NCBI GenBank assembly: GCA_051294905.1
Contig: CM119371.1
Coordinates: forward strand, 6,326,001-6,390,000
Origin: Botryllus schlosseri
Taxonomy: Eukaryota
Direction: 5' to 3'
DNA length: 64,000 nucleotides
The translations under genes and the position numbers were made by a program. Positions within the stretch are counted from its first letter, which is position 1. The number at the start of each line of letters is the position of its first letter. Below, in pieces: positions 38,271-50,866 of this stretch. Below the pieces are notes generated by a model that saw only the letters and a program-made list of their open reading frames with translations, was not told where the DNA came from and made no database searches.

Positions 38271-38478
38271 GTAGACGGCTACATTTTTTTAAATTCACAA
38301 CTTGAACTAGAACCATTCACTATTCAAGATCCGCAGCTACTACCAGAACAACTTGCTATTATATTACGTAACGGAAACCATAATTCCTCATAATGGCAGT
38401 AATGGCAGTTAGTAGTTTGTTGGTAGTTTATACAAATCTGTATAGCCGAGTAATTGAATGTAAAATTTGTATTGACAG

Positions 38479-38673
38479 TTTGGAATCTATTCTCTGAACA
38501 ATATGGAGTTGAGGTTTGAATATTTCGACGAGATATCATCCTGGCTACCAAAGTCGACTTCGACGGCCAAACAAAAGTTCTTATTGCCGCACCCCCAACT
38601 ATATTGCCCTTGAAGTTATCGGAAAGAATGGGCACGGTTTCGATGTGGAGACCTGGTCGCTGGGTTGTGTTTT
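38479..38673 (+). pseudogene. PLK1-like pseudo-exon (activation loop, subdomains VII-IX)
   Basis: TGACAG|...LATKVDFDGQTK..CRTPNYIALEVIGKNGHGFDVETWSLGCVL|GTGAGT, compared with [45 protein letters not shown]. DFG is destroyed and there are frameshifts. Confidence 0.85.
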
Positions 38674-39941
38674 GTGAGTATATAAGAACAGTCATGTGAA
38701 ACTTTATTAAAATGGATTCTTGCGTGTCTCAGTGGTAGGACTGGGAAAATTCGAGAAACTGAGTGATTTGAATCTTGATGCTGTATTCGAATTTTGAGAC
38801 GACTTTTCGAGTATCACTCAATATGATGTCATAACAGTATGAATGATGTGGTTCGTACAGATACGTACGTTTTACGCGAGCACAAAGAATATAATGACAG
38901 ATCTGCAATTCTTCATCACATTGAAGATCATTTCGTATCTTTTTGACAACGCCAATTCCATTGCACTTTGTGACTTCACAGAGGCTGCCCACCAAATTCG
39001 GCTCAATTCCAAACAGCCAAAGCCGCAGCAGAGCCAATTGGAATTTTTCAATTTATTAAAAAATGTGCGAATTTTTTAAATTTTATTGGTAATCCAATGA
39101 AATTGCTAAGTTGCTTAAAAGAATGATGTGCAACAATTTTTGCTCACTTCCAGTTGGTAGTAGCGAAGTTATTGTAGTTATACTTTTGCAAAAATAGCAT
39201 TGATGGTGGGTAATCCCACAATTATTGATGAAAAACTCAAACAACTTTCCTTTTACGGTTTGGAATTGTGTCAAATTTCTTTTGCATCATTTTTTTAGAC
39301 AGCTTAAACAATTTCATGGGGATGACAGAGGAATTTGAAAAAATAAATTAAAATGAAATCATAAACTTCAATTGACTCTGTTGTGACTTGGTGGCAGTTG
39401 GTTGGAATTGAGGTCAAATTTGGTGTGCAGCCTTTTCATGCAACCTAGCAATTTGATCAGTGAATTGCTGGAATCTGGAAAAGTAAGATATGTATGACCA
39501 ACCCTAGTAGACAGTGCTATAAAATCTATAATTTATGTCGAGTAGCAAGGATCGTATCATCTCGGTGCACGAAAAAATCACTTCTCATTATTTGACACGA
39601 ATCATTGTGCCTAGCCTTAGCTATTGCATATTGCAGAGAGTTCTAACGTTATTATCAGCGAGGGGCTAGGCCAGCGTCTTGGTGATTGGATTACGTGATA
39701 AGTATTCAGCGTGAAGCCGGGTGTTCTTGTAGCCTGTATCCTGCCAACAAGCTGTGTGAATTCGAGTTCTCGCCTGGTTCCATGCTGAGTATAGAACACG
39801 TGTTTTTTTGAGGTCATAAAACCTACCAATCCGCATTTTAGCCTATTATGGGTTTGCAGTGAAAATGAATTTTTCCAGCCCTCATCACAATTGCGGCGCT
39901 ATTATCTCAAAGTTGTATCATCTAATTTCTTTACTTGACAG

Positions 39942-40058
39942 GTGTTACTAATACAGAGACACAGAAACATATGTGACAAGTTGGAAAGCCAAAGTTGGAA
40001 GCTCAATTCAAGAAATTGATGCATACCAATCTAACTTTGAAGTCTGCTATAAATATGG
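39942..40058 (+). pseudogene. Probable PLK linker pseudo-exon
   Basis: Good acceptor (TTTCTTTACTTGACAG) and GT donor. LEAQFKKLMHTNLTLKSAINM lies where the linker before the polo-box would be; contains an in-frame TGA. Confidence 0.4.
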
Positions 40059-41747
40059 GTTGGTATTTATATAATCAGTAATTGACTTCATTTTGAATCG
40101 ACTTCCCTCTTACATGTAGGCCTACTTGTACAAATCTGTGATTTTATAGCATTCATGACTACCGCGACAACTGAAAAATATCATAAATTATCTGTGTAAA
40201 TCCAGTTTTTCAAATGACATTAACGTAAATCTGGCCGATATCTTGAAATCCATGCTAATCTCAAATTGATGTCAAATTATAGAGATATCATATATCCAAA
40301 TTACGGCTCTTGCTCGTATGTGACGTTGCCGAGAAGATTGTTGGCACTTCAGCTGTGTAGAATGAAGCGGGTGGGTTCTTAAAACTGAATCGCGCATTAT
40401 TGTCATTGAATCCAGTTGAATAGTGAGAAACGATCCGTTCCGTCACTGTAATCCTGCGCTCCTTATCATTCAGAGTTGATTGATCGATGAAAATGATTGC
40501 TTCCATACTCATGTCCACTGTGCAAAGCTGTAAACCTCGATTGGTCGTATCGCAACATACTTAACATGTGGTACACGCATGACGCATATTACTGGAAATG
40601 ACATATCTGTGAAGCCGTGATCTACCCACAACATTGCCGCAAAGTGCAATGAAATAGGTATGGTCAAAGGGATACAAAATCGTCTTTAATGTGATATAGG
40701 ACTGGCGTTATATTGGTGGTAGTTACATATTTGAACTTTCCACGTCATCAACACGGGTATGGCATCATAATAAGCGCTTGTTGAACACTCGACTCGAAGC
40801 CTATTACTCGGATTCAATATCAAATCACCCAGGTACCCGATATCCAAATGGCACCATAAAATGAAATTTTGAATAAGGAAGGGGTGTCAAACATGAGACC
40901 CGTCAGACGATTTCATCCAGCCTGCGAAGCAATTCTGAGTAGATTGAAAAATTCTTATATTCTCCAGCAATTTGTTGCAAATGTTGAGAATTTTTGCAGG
41001 AAATAGTTCCATGTTCATAGGCCCCATTATAACCACCCGACTACGGCGTGTCGGTTCCACTATAGTGACCACTGCTGAAATTTACATCCAATTTCAGGAA
41101 GGCCCTAAGTACACACTGAGTTCAGAGTTTACACAAATATGGACCAAAAAGTAGTTATTCACAGGAGCAAAAACGCCAATGCGGGACCGTTACATGCAGT
41201 TTACTTAGTAAATATATTAGTTGCGCAAATATATAATTGAAATATCTGTGGTCGCACTGCTGTGCCACTTTTGACCCAATAGAACCCCAGACACGAGAGA
41301 AACCGGAATAGCGGTTTAGTAATAACAAACCCACTTATAACGTCCGCGTTTCCAATTAATATCTTGTATTCCTCACGACGCATATGCATGGCTAACGCCA
41401 GATTACGACTAAATCAAAGGGAGCAAAAAATATACTAACTTATATATCGTCTTTAAAAAACGCTATGATCCCTGTATCGTCTATATATGCTTTTATGGTA
41501 TTCTGGTGAAAAGCAAGAGCACGAGGCAACACTTCGGAATCAGTTAACTAGTCCGGCCCGCGAGTGATTTCAAGGCTTGAATCCGGCCTGCGACATAATT
41601 TGAGTTTGACGACCCTGGTTTATTGGTTCAAAACATCGTTATCAAATTTTACAAGAAAGGTTGAGAACCACTGATTTTGATGTTTCCCACAAGTAATTTT
41701 CTTGTTTTCATCGTGTCACTACGATTACCTTTACTTTATGTTTTCAG

Positions 41748-41871
41748 TCGCTGATGGAAGTTTACAAAAAAGAGGAGTCATCACCGAAGCGGAGTCTCGT
41801 TATTGCATGCGACTGATTCTGATTAACATCGTTATCTTTACGATTGTAAGATCATTCACAGAGATATCAAG
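41748..41871 (+). pseudogene. PLK1-like pseudo-exon (VIa to HRD), second copy
   Basis: TTTTCAG|SLMEVYKKRGVITEAESRYCMRLILIN..YLYDCKIIHRDIK. 2 bp shorter than 36139-36264, donor GT changed to AT; the upstream intron is also paralogous. Confidence 0.9.
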
Positions 41872-42539
41872 ATAATAATTGTTGTGTAGTTGTCTAATAA
41901 AACTAAACAGAGCGAGGCTGTAATCTAATTCTAACCTAATTTGTCACATTTTTCTATGCTCTCATATATCTAATTTCTGGTTTTCCTGAAACTGCTACAG
42001 GAGAACTGTATCTTGTGAAACCAACCAAACTCGATGTACAGACATTTGCCATTCTTGTGCCTATTAGAATGGACTCTGACTTGATATGAACTGAACTTCT
42101 TTCGATGTCCAAGGTTTTGTCAATTCAGTAATTCTAATCTAATTTTGAAAAATGTATAGAGCTATCATTTTACTCCGATGATTAGCTTTAACTCAAATTC
42201 AAATCTGATTCGTAAAAAAAAACTGTGATTTGGAAAAAGCTGTGTGGCAATAATTCTAATTTTACTCTAATATGGATAAAATAAAACTTGACAGCTGTGA
42301 TTTCAATTGTAAGCTAATTTGGAAAAGCTAAGAATTTTTCAGTTGATCAAGTCTACAAATAGGTTTATCCTGATACTTGGATCTCTGCCTATTGAACTAT
42401 GCAAGTAGTTTACTATTTCAAATCCAAATCTTGATTGATATTATGGTTTTAAATCCACAAATCATGATTCGCAAACATTCTCATAAAAATATGAGTTAGT
42501 AGCTGTGATTTTGTTACTGTTTTTGATTTTTTTCACTAG

Positions 42540-42706
42540 AATATTGGCATGCGACCTCTCCCAACGACCCTCTGTAAAGAAAGTGCTGGAGAGCGAGTAT
42601 TTCAACGGCCACATTTCACAGAAACTGCCCACAACCTGCGTGACCATGGCTCCCAGGTTCTCTGAAAGTGAAGTACAGCGAAGGCGACCTTTATAGAGTT
42701 TTAACG
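42540..42706 (+). pseudogene. PLK1-like pseudo-exon (end of kinase domain plus D-box-like RRPL), copy B
   Basis: ILACDLSQRPSVKKVLESEYFNGHISQKLPTTCVTMAPRFSESEVQRRRPL*SFN|GTGAG, compared with [42 protein letters not shown]...RKPLTVLN. TAG at 42694. Confidence 0.9.
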
Positions 42707-43847
42707 GTGAGATTTTTTTGTATCTCCGAGCAAATTAGAGTTTGTGTTTGATTCGATTCTGAATCGAGTATAACGTCTCGAGTCTCATTTATTCAATTGA
42801 TATCGTATTTTTGAGCCAATACCGATAAGTAGCACTTTCACCGATAACCCCGATATATTCGACCTATATCGAAACAATATGCCAACTAGCGTAAGGCACA
42901 TTTCCGAACCTTAGGAGCATTGATATGAACAACTTTGCGTTTTGCGGCCGTTGCTAGATTGAACATTAAATAAACTAGAAAGACTGCATCTTGTATGCAG
43001 AGGCAGTCAGTAGCAATAGTAGCCTACTTCGATTTTTCATAACACTCAAGTAGGTTTTTCCGTATACTTGCACCAATACTTAAGTCACCCAATATTTCAG
43101 ACGACTTGTGAACCTCCTATGTAACACTTCAGCTTTTCGGCAATACCTGGTCTAGAATACTCGCTTTATTACTGTACCTACTTTCAAAATGCTGCTTCTG
43201 CTTATGCTCGAGTACACATTTACAATGCTACTTCTACTTCAATACTCGAGTACCAACGTGACCACTTGCAAGTCACGAAAAATAGATGATTATTCCCAAT
43301 GTAACAATCACAAATGATACTTTTCCCTGCTACCCTGTCATGACGTCACTAAATTTGCCGATATTTTTACCTCTCATGGCCGATATAGTTCTAACTCTAA
43401 TATAGACTCGATGTGACTGGCCAAACGGTATCATCGGTCCGGCTATAATTACAAATTATTCAAATAAACCTAATCTCCTGGCACTCTTGTACTGTCAATA
43501 TATCCTGATTGTAAAATTCATCTCTAGTCCTAGTTCTTAACACATTTCGCATAGGGCCGCATATGGAACTGCTGAAATAGAATGACCATTTTTGATTAGT
43601 TTTAGTAACTCAATTCTTCTCAAGTCCGGGTTAAAGCATAGTAAACATCCCTTATTAACTAACTAATAGGTTTAACTGATGATACTAAATACTGTATTTC
43701 ATATGAGCTAATGAACATTGGAGATAGAATCGGCATTTCAAAATGACAGGTTTATGAGTTTAAAATCAGAGGGTTCGATTAAACTGGGCAACAATTTTGA
43801 ACGAAAAATTTGTTGACTTCGATTTTGGACTTGATTTGGGCTAATTT

Positions 43848-45471
43848 CCCAGCTAGCACGCCCACTTGGTATCCAGGTGGAATTTAAGTGGTTAGGTGGG
43901 ATGGATGATCGGAATGGGTTAGTAACATGTAGCCCACATCGAAACCAAGCGGGATTTCCATCCATAAAGATGCGTGGTTATACCATACCAATCCCAGGTA
44001 GATTGCAATAAGTCTCTTCTAATTGTACCTATCAATTTGAACTCGGGGAAGGTTTACTTGTTGAGTTTTTGATATCAAATCATCTTGAAACATGAGAAAC
44101 CCACTTATAGAGGAGCTCAGATTTCCCATATATCACCCACACAGGAACCAACCTTATTTTCCATCAATGTCATTTGGTTTATTTCATCGAATAATAAAGG
44201 TGGTTCCGTATGTAGTAAAGTTTTCTAGCTACTATGCTATCCCTGTTGGTTGCTCGAACCTCGAACATTAAAACCCCTACCATGCTTTACCTCGTCAATG
44301 TGATTTGAACTATTTCAAATTGACCGTTTGTCACACTGAAGTGAACTTAAATTTCCGTTGCTAGAGTACTCAATTCCTCACAGCGTGCGTTATAATTTTC
44401 TTGCGTAGATCCCATTACCTTTATCCCTTATCTGTATCTATTATTTTTAACTCAGGATTAATTTTACTCGTAAAATATATGTGATCAAATAATTGGAACT
44501 TGTTATTTTCGTCAATGAAGAATGGTCGACTTTTCATAGGGCTCCCACATGTGACCGAGTAGTTTTCCGAAAGAGATCCTTCTTTTATATTTTCCTACAG
44601 CAAGGTTTGTTCATCTATAGAGTAAAGTCATATTATAATCGGTTTCCGATTTATTCATTTGCGATGCTGGTCGCTGGGACATTTCCAAATTGAATTCCAC
44701 CTCCATATGAATTGAATTCGGGTACTGGTGACGATAAGCGCCTAAGAATCGGGCGGCCTCGATTCGACTCCCGTCGGAGGTTTGTCCGGGCTCCTCTTCT
44801 TGCGACATGAGACCCGAGAATGACTCGACGAAAGAATGCACTCACACACAAGTTATGGAAATCGCTAGCAAGGGCCCTGGCCTCGAAAATGATCAACATC
44901 GAGAGTAACTGTGACGGCGGGCACTCTAAGCCGAGCTAGATGTCAGTCTAAAAGACGGCAACTGCGCGTCGGTCGGCATCCTCCTATCTGTCCATTACAT
45001 CGCTTTCTATCTTATCGTATTGTACATTGTGTGTGTCTGGTTCAGTTGAAAATATAACTCAACGATTACACTTAAACAGTGATGACGGCCTCACTCACCC
45101 ACCGTAAAGGTTATTATATACTCAGATTACCGTATATATTGGTTTGCGTGATCGGAGGTAGCAGGTTTCAGGTATGTACTGTACAGTATACAATGTTAAG
45201 TTAACTAACGTGTAGGGTTTACCTAACATCTCCTAGCATATCTCTACGTCGACGTCTCGGCCCACTAACACTGCTACTGCCACTGCTACAAGGACCTGGG
45301 TCGTAATATTGTCTTCGCTGCCAGCTAAGTGGGTTACCCACATGGTCCCCCAGAAAAACCTCTGTAATATGGGGCCAAAAATGTACGGTTCCCGCTTGGT
45401 TTCCCCAGCTGGTTACCACAATTCATCTTACCTTGATACCTTGTGGTACCCAAGTAGGCGTGCTACCTGGG
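43848..45471. mobile_element. Non-autonomous EnSpm/CACTA-like (CCC-ended) element
   Basis: CCCAGCTAGCACGCCCACTTGG / CCAAGTAGGCGTGCTACCTGGG with TT on both flanks (2-bp TSD). Confidence 0.7.
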
Positions 45472-46269
45472 TTAGGCGTGCTGATTCCAAAAATGCCGCT
45501 GGTTTTCTTTTATCACGTCAGGTTTTGCTCTACGACTTATGTCCAAAATATGCAAATTTTCACGAATTTATCCATATTAATTTTTCATACCATATAGAAA
45601 TCCACACTTTTATCATAGAATAAGTTATATATCCAATGCGTCAATTGAATTACTAGGAAAAAAGGTACTGGTATCGATCTTTTCCGATGCTTTCATACAT
45701 TTTTGGTTGGAAGATGCAATCATCCGAGGACATTACAGACACATATTTGATGCAAACTGCAGGATATGGAAAGAAAAATAAACATTACATATACTATCAG
45801 CTATTGGTCCAATGCCCCATTCAGCTTATCCAGTGTACCTTGAAACTCTTCCACGCTCGATAATTGGGATCGGATCAAGATGAAGGTCTTGAGGATAGCA
45901 GGCCTAATGATGAAAATTTTGAAATCGAAGATGATTCTGAACGTAGAGTAGTCCATCAACACAGGTTAAATGATCTGACATAGGCTTTGGGATTTGGAAG
46001 ACGAATATTCGGAATTTTCAGCATCCTTGCGAATTGAGAAAAGATTACTTGGCAAGAGAGATGATATCTCACTTTTGATCATGAGAAACGGCGCTTTCAT
46101 CGTAGGGCTACTTTCGGTATAGCTCTGTGTATTGCCGTGACACTGGCATTGGTATAATACTGTTACCATGGGTTGCTGGAGGAGTTGGAAATCCAGATTT
46201 ACTACTCAAAAGAATGGCAAAAGTCTATTGGTAACTAAAAAGGATCCTAGTGGGGCATTCTCCAAAATG

Positions 46270-46720
46270 TAGGCTTACCATATTTCGGAAATGAAAAAAG
46301 AGGACACTTTTTCAGAAATTTCAGACAAGCAAAACTGGAGAAGAATTCTCAAAAACAGGTAAATTTCACCCGCTTCATGAACGGTTGACTAAAAAAAAAA
46401 AAAAAAAAGGTCATCACTTCCGCTCAGAGCTCAAAAACACGTTTTTCACTCCACATTGCTAGATGGATGACTAAAAAAAAAAGGTCTTCTTTTCGCTCAG
46501 AGCTAGAATCACCACTTTTCCCTCCGAAATACCCGCCGGAGCTTCACTTCTGCGCTAATTTGTGGCATATCACTCGCAATTTCCTCTAAATCTGACCTAA
46601 ATTTTCAAAAAAGAGGACAAAATCTCAAAAAAGAGGACAAAAGGGCGTCCTCCGAGGACACTTTCAAAAAAGTCAAAAAAGAGGACAAATCCTCTTAAAA
46701 GAGGACGTATGGTAAGCCTA
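46270..46720. mobile_element. MITE with AAAAGAGGAC subterminal repeats
   Basis: Perfect 13-bp TIR TAGGCTTACCATA / TATGGTAAGCCTA; no TSD recognisable. Confidence 0.7.
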
Positions 46721-46926
46721 ACTTAGACAGACGGGAATCACCATCTATATTGCGGCCGAGGTCAATGAGCCGTAAACGAATGACACCGGGATAACAAACA
46801 GACGACAGTTTTTTTTATTTCGTTGATCATACAAAGGTAATGTTATCAACCATGCAAGATGTGTAATAATAGATTTAATATTCTGCGAAACTGATATTAG
46901 ATCAGTGGTTTTCAACCTTTACTAAC

Positions 46927-47187
46927 AGAGAGAGAGAGAGAGAGATATGATATTCTTTCTCGCCTGCACCATCGAGATGCTTTGGCGACGGAGTTGCGAT
47001 ACGGCCCCATGAGGTCATCTAGTCTGCGCCCCCGTTTTTTTCTCCTCCATGCTATCCGTGATTGCTGAGCGCCTAGCAGGATAGCTGCGGATACCATTTT
47101 TCGAGTCTTTGGTATGACCCGACCGGGGATCGAACCCACGACCTACCGCTCGAGAAGCCGGACGCATAACCATTACACTATCTCGCT
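46927..47187 (-). mobile_element. tRNA-derived SINE with a MetaSINE-like central domain, LINE-like 3' hairpin and (TC)n tail
   Basis: A box TAGTGTAATGGT, B box GGTTCGATCCC, then GTCATACCAAAGACTCGAAAAATGGTA...CCTGCTAGGCGCTCAGCA, then CAGACTAGATGACCT and (TC)n. Confidence 0.85.
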
Positions 47188-48788
47188 CTAACATGACGAA
47201 CTCTTGCGTTAATCAGCAAGCCTTCTATGGCTAAAATCTACCTCCTTACACGTCTGATACATCACTATAAAATATTGGTACCTATAGTCAAGAGTACATC
47301 AAAAGAACGACACCCTATGATTGTCACACGAAAAAAAATATTACAAATAATATTTCCTGCCAGGCAGTTCTGCTTTCTACTGTTTGCTGCCGTACAACCC
47401 TAAGGTGTCGCTATGACTCCATAAGGTATGGCCAATGATGGGTCCATCTATTTTGTGCATGTCGGCTATGTCGGCTGTGTCGCCTACGTAATCAACTCCG
47501 GGCATGCAGGAATGGATTTTGCAATAATATTAATTTTGACATTGGCTTACATATTTTTCAGGAAAAGTATTAAGGGTCGAAGTCGGATCCAGAAGGGGTG
47601 CCTTTATTTTGTGCTAGGAAACTTATTAAACTTATAGAAACTTATGAAACTTAAGATAACTTATGAAACTTATGAAACTTATAAAACATGAGGTAAATTA
47701 ATTCAGATTCGAATTTCATTGTGAGACCATTGTCTCGGTATTCGATTCCAAATAGGGATTTTTAAATCGTGATTGCAATAATGGCAATCCAGATTTACAT
47801 AGACCAGTTTCTTCGCAATATGCTGATGCTCGACGCAGTTTAACTAGAACTGGACCGTATCAAGTGATCAGTTTATGCGACAAATTTGTTGTCCAGCACT
47901 GGGATTGGTCCGGCATGACCAGTAAGCGACAGGAATAGATTTACCAGGATTTCTTGAAGTTTATTCCTCGAGTAACTTTGCCAAATAATAAAAAGACTTC
48001 TGTCTCAACCGATTCCAAGTTGATTACAAACACCCCATCAAAGCAAAGTGGGAGTAAGCTAGGTCAATATCCGCGATCTGCGATCAAACAAAAAACAAGA
48101 AGAAAGTTCATGTGATTACGGTTTTGCTGTACAATCTTTGATGTATTTTGTATGTTGATGACATGGCAATGGTTGCCGCAAGTCGCCAAATATAATCAGT
48201 TTCGTTATTCCATATTGAATTGTATAATTTCGCAGTTGGTTGGTATGAATTGTAGCGAGAGAAGGAGATAATGATTGTATTCGGTGGGTGTTTTATTGTA
48301 GGGCTACTAATAACTGAGCTTAACACTCCTGGTCCGGGCATTAGAGTTCAGATCTAGCCTTATCCGTGGATGAATTGCATGCTGCTCGTTCGAATTAATA
48401 TGAAGAATGTCGATGATATCGCAGCAATATAGGTAGGGCTGTTCAAAAATAACTTTTTTCCCGGATTCCAGCCATTCATTCATTAAATTGTCAGGTTACC
48501 CTAAAAACGCTGCACACCAAATTTGGTTAAATTCCAACAAGTATGAGACTCCGCAGATCCAATTAAAATTTTGAATTTATTAGAGAAAATGATAAAAAAA
48601 AAGAAGAATTTCTGTAAACCCCATGAAATTGTCGAGCTGTCTCCAAAGACGATGCAAAACAAATTTGAGTCAATTCCAATTAAGCGGTTTGGAACCACTG
48701 CCGTAGAATATACTTTTTATTCAAATACTTATAACTGACCCCCAGGAAAGCTAGACAACACGAGAACCCAATCTTTTTTCGTCTAGTG

Positions 48789-50332
48789 CAGTGGTTCTTA
48801 ACCTTATTCTTCCAGCGCCCCCTTTCAAAAATTATCGTGCTCCAGCGCCCCCCAACTTCATATTGTAAGTAGTGTAATAAATAAAATGAGTAAGAGGGAG
48901 GGCCGTAACAGCACTTCGTTAACCCACCTAAAAACGATTGCCTTGCGCCTCGCGCCATATCGTGATAAACCGAACTTCTGAGGGCTTCGCCCCCACGAAC
49001 CACATATCGTGATTTTGATGGTCAGCAAAGTTTCTGTGGCTTGGTCGCCCTAGGTACCAAAATTTTCCATAATGCATGAATGAATAGGTGGTAATTACAT
49101 ATATAAGTCGCTATATAAACTTTTTATCCTCTCAGCCCACGTAATCAGCTTTACCAGTAGCACTGAGTGAGCTGTTGTATAGGAAAATAAAGGGCACGTA
49201 ATTAATAAGTAAACATATTCGGGCGTGCCCGCAGGTACAATTATTCGTTACCAGGGCCGTAACAGCACTTCGTCACCCCCCCCCCCAACAAAAAACGTTG
49301 GTCCTGGGCCCCCATCGGGTGATAAACCAAACTTCCGGGGGACTTCACTCCAAGACCCCCATTAGACTGTCCGCTATTTACTGATAGCCTATTAGGTATC
49401 TACATTGGGTGTCCATTTACTGAGGCAGCTATTCTCGCCTATTCGCGCGAAGTGCGAAAAATTTCACTAATTAATGATTGAATGAGTCAATATCATCGGG
49501 AATTGCATGTAAATTGAGATCAATTTTTATCCTCTCTCTGCTCACGTCAACACATTTACCGGTAGAGCTGAGTGAGGTGCAATGTTACCTCTAAGCTGCG
49601 CACGTGCGCACTGCTGACACGGTCTCTGCACACAGAAAATCTACGTTGCGCACAACAAATCCGGAGTTATTACCTTTTTTTAGTCGTTACGCACTGTTGT
49701 CCAAGGGTCAGCGCAGTGAGTTGTTGAGTGTGCGCAGACTCATCAAAACTTAAAGCGAACATTGTGAGGTTTCTTGGAAACTGTAGGGCCCGTTACTAAT
49801 AATTAAACATATTCGGGCGCGCGAACCCGTTGGTATGACTTCGTTGCATGATGTTATTTCGTGACCCCCTGTCTGCAATATCAAAAAATATGGAATCGCT
49901 CAACGGGGATATCGCCCAACAGGAATATCCCTGACGCTCAATCGTACTAAACTGAAAGACGCACACGATTTCAGATTGGTATTTCTTTGCTGACGTATAA
50001 TTTTTCCCTGCCAGATGGAATTTGTCTTCTGGGGTTCTGATTGCCGAGACAGGAACATTCGGTGTCAGTCATTTAGGCGCCAATGAACAAGTAAACCTAT
50101 ATGTATTTTGAAGGCTATATGTAACGACGTTTTTGGTGTTAATTTGCTCTGAATACTCATTAAGGATATGTCCTATCACCACATCATCTACTGCGAAGCC
50201 ATTTTTCTCCAGCGCCTCCCATACCGCCCCCCTGAGCCCAGCGCCCCCCATATCGCCCCCTGAGCGTTTCCGCCCCCTTCAAGATCGCCAGCGCCCCCTG
50301 GGGGGCGCTGGGGGCAAGGTTAAGAACCACTG
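48789..50332. mobile_element. hAT (Charlie-like) non-autonomous element with a nested mini-element at 49580-49764
   Basis: CAGTGGTTCTTAACCTT / AAGGTTAAGAACCACTG with perfect TSD GTCTAGTG and CGCCCCC subterminal repeats. Confidence 0.9.
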
Positions 50333-50509
50333 GTCTAGTGTATTTGCATGAAAAATATTATGACATTGCAACGTATAAAGACAACTAGCATCTGCTTCTG
50401 GATCAGACTTCGGCATTTAATACTTTGCCTGAAACATATGTAAGCCTATGTCAAAATTAAAATTATTGCAAAATCCACTTCTGCATGCCCGGGGTTGATT
50501 ACGTAGGCG

Positions 50510-50866
50510 GCATATAGCTGCTACATAGCCGACATAGCTGCGACATAGCTACGACGTAACCGCAACATATCTGCGACATTTGTCATAGTCGACCTATAGC
50601 TGCGACAAAGTCCGAATAGCTCCGACTATCTGTGACATAGCCGACATAGCTGCGACATAGCCGACATAACCGCTACATAGCTGCGACATAGCCGACATAG
50701 TTGACATACTCGACATATATCTGCGACATCTGTCACATAGTCGACCTATAGCTGCAACGAAGTCCAAATAGCTCCGACATATCTGTTACATAGTCGACAT
50801 AGCCGCTACATAGCTGCGACATAGCCGACATAGTCGACATAGTCGACATAGCCGACATAGCCGACA
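50510..50866. repeat. ~10-bp minisatellite (CGACATAGC-based) in the right arm of the foldback element
   Basis: Dozens of GCCGACATA / GCTGCGACATA variants. Confidence 0.9.

Noticed and set aside
34160..42706. A functional PLK1 gene
   Set aside because: Stops and frameshifts in most exons, lost DFG, no glycine-loop exon found, and non-colinear exon order; no gene symbol assigned.
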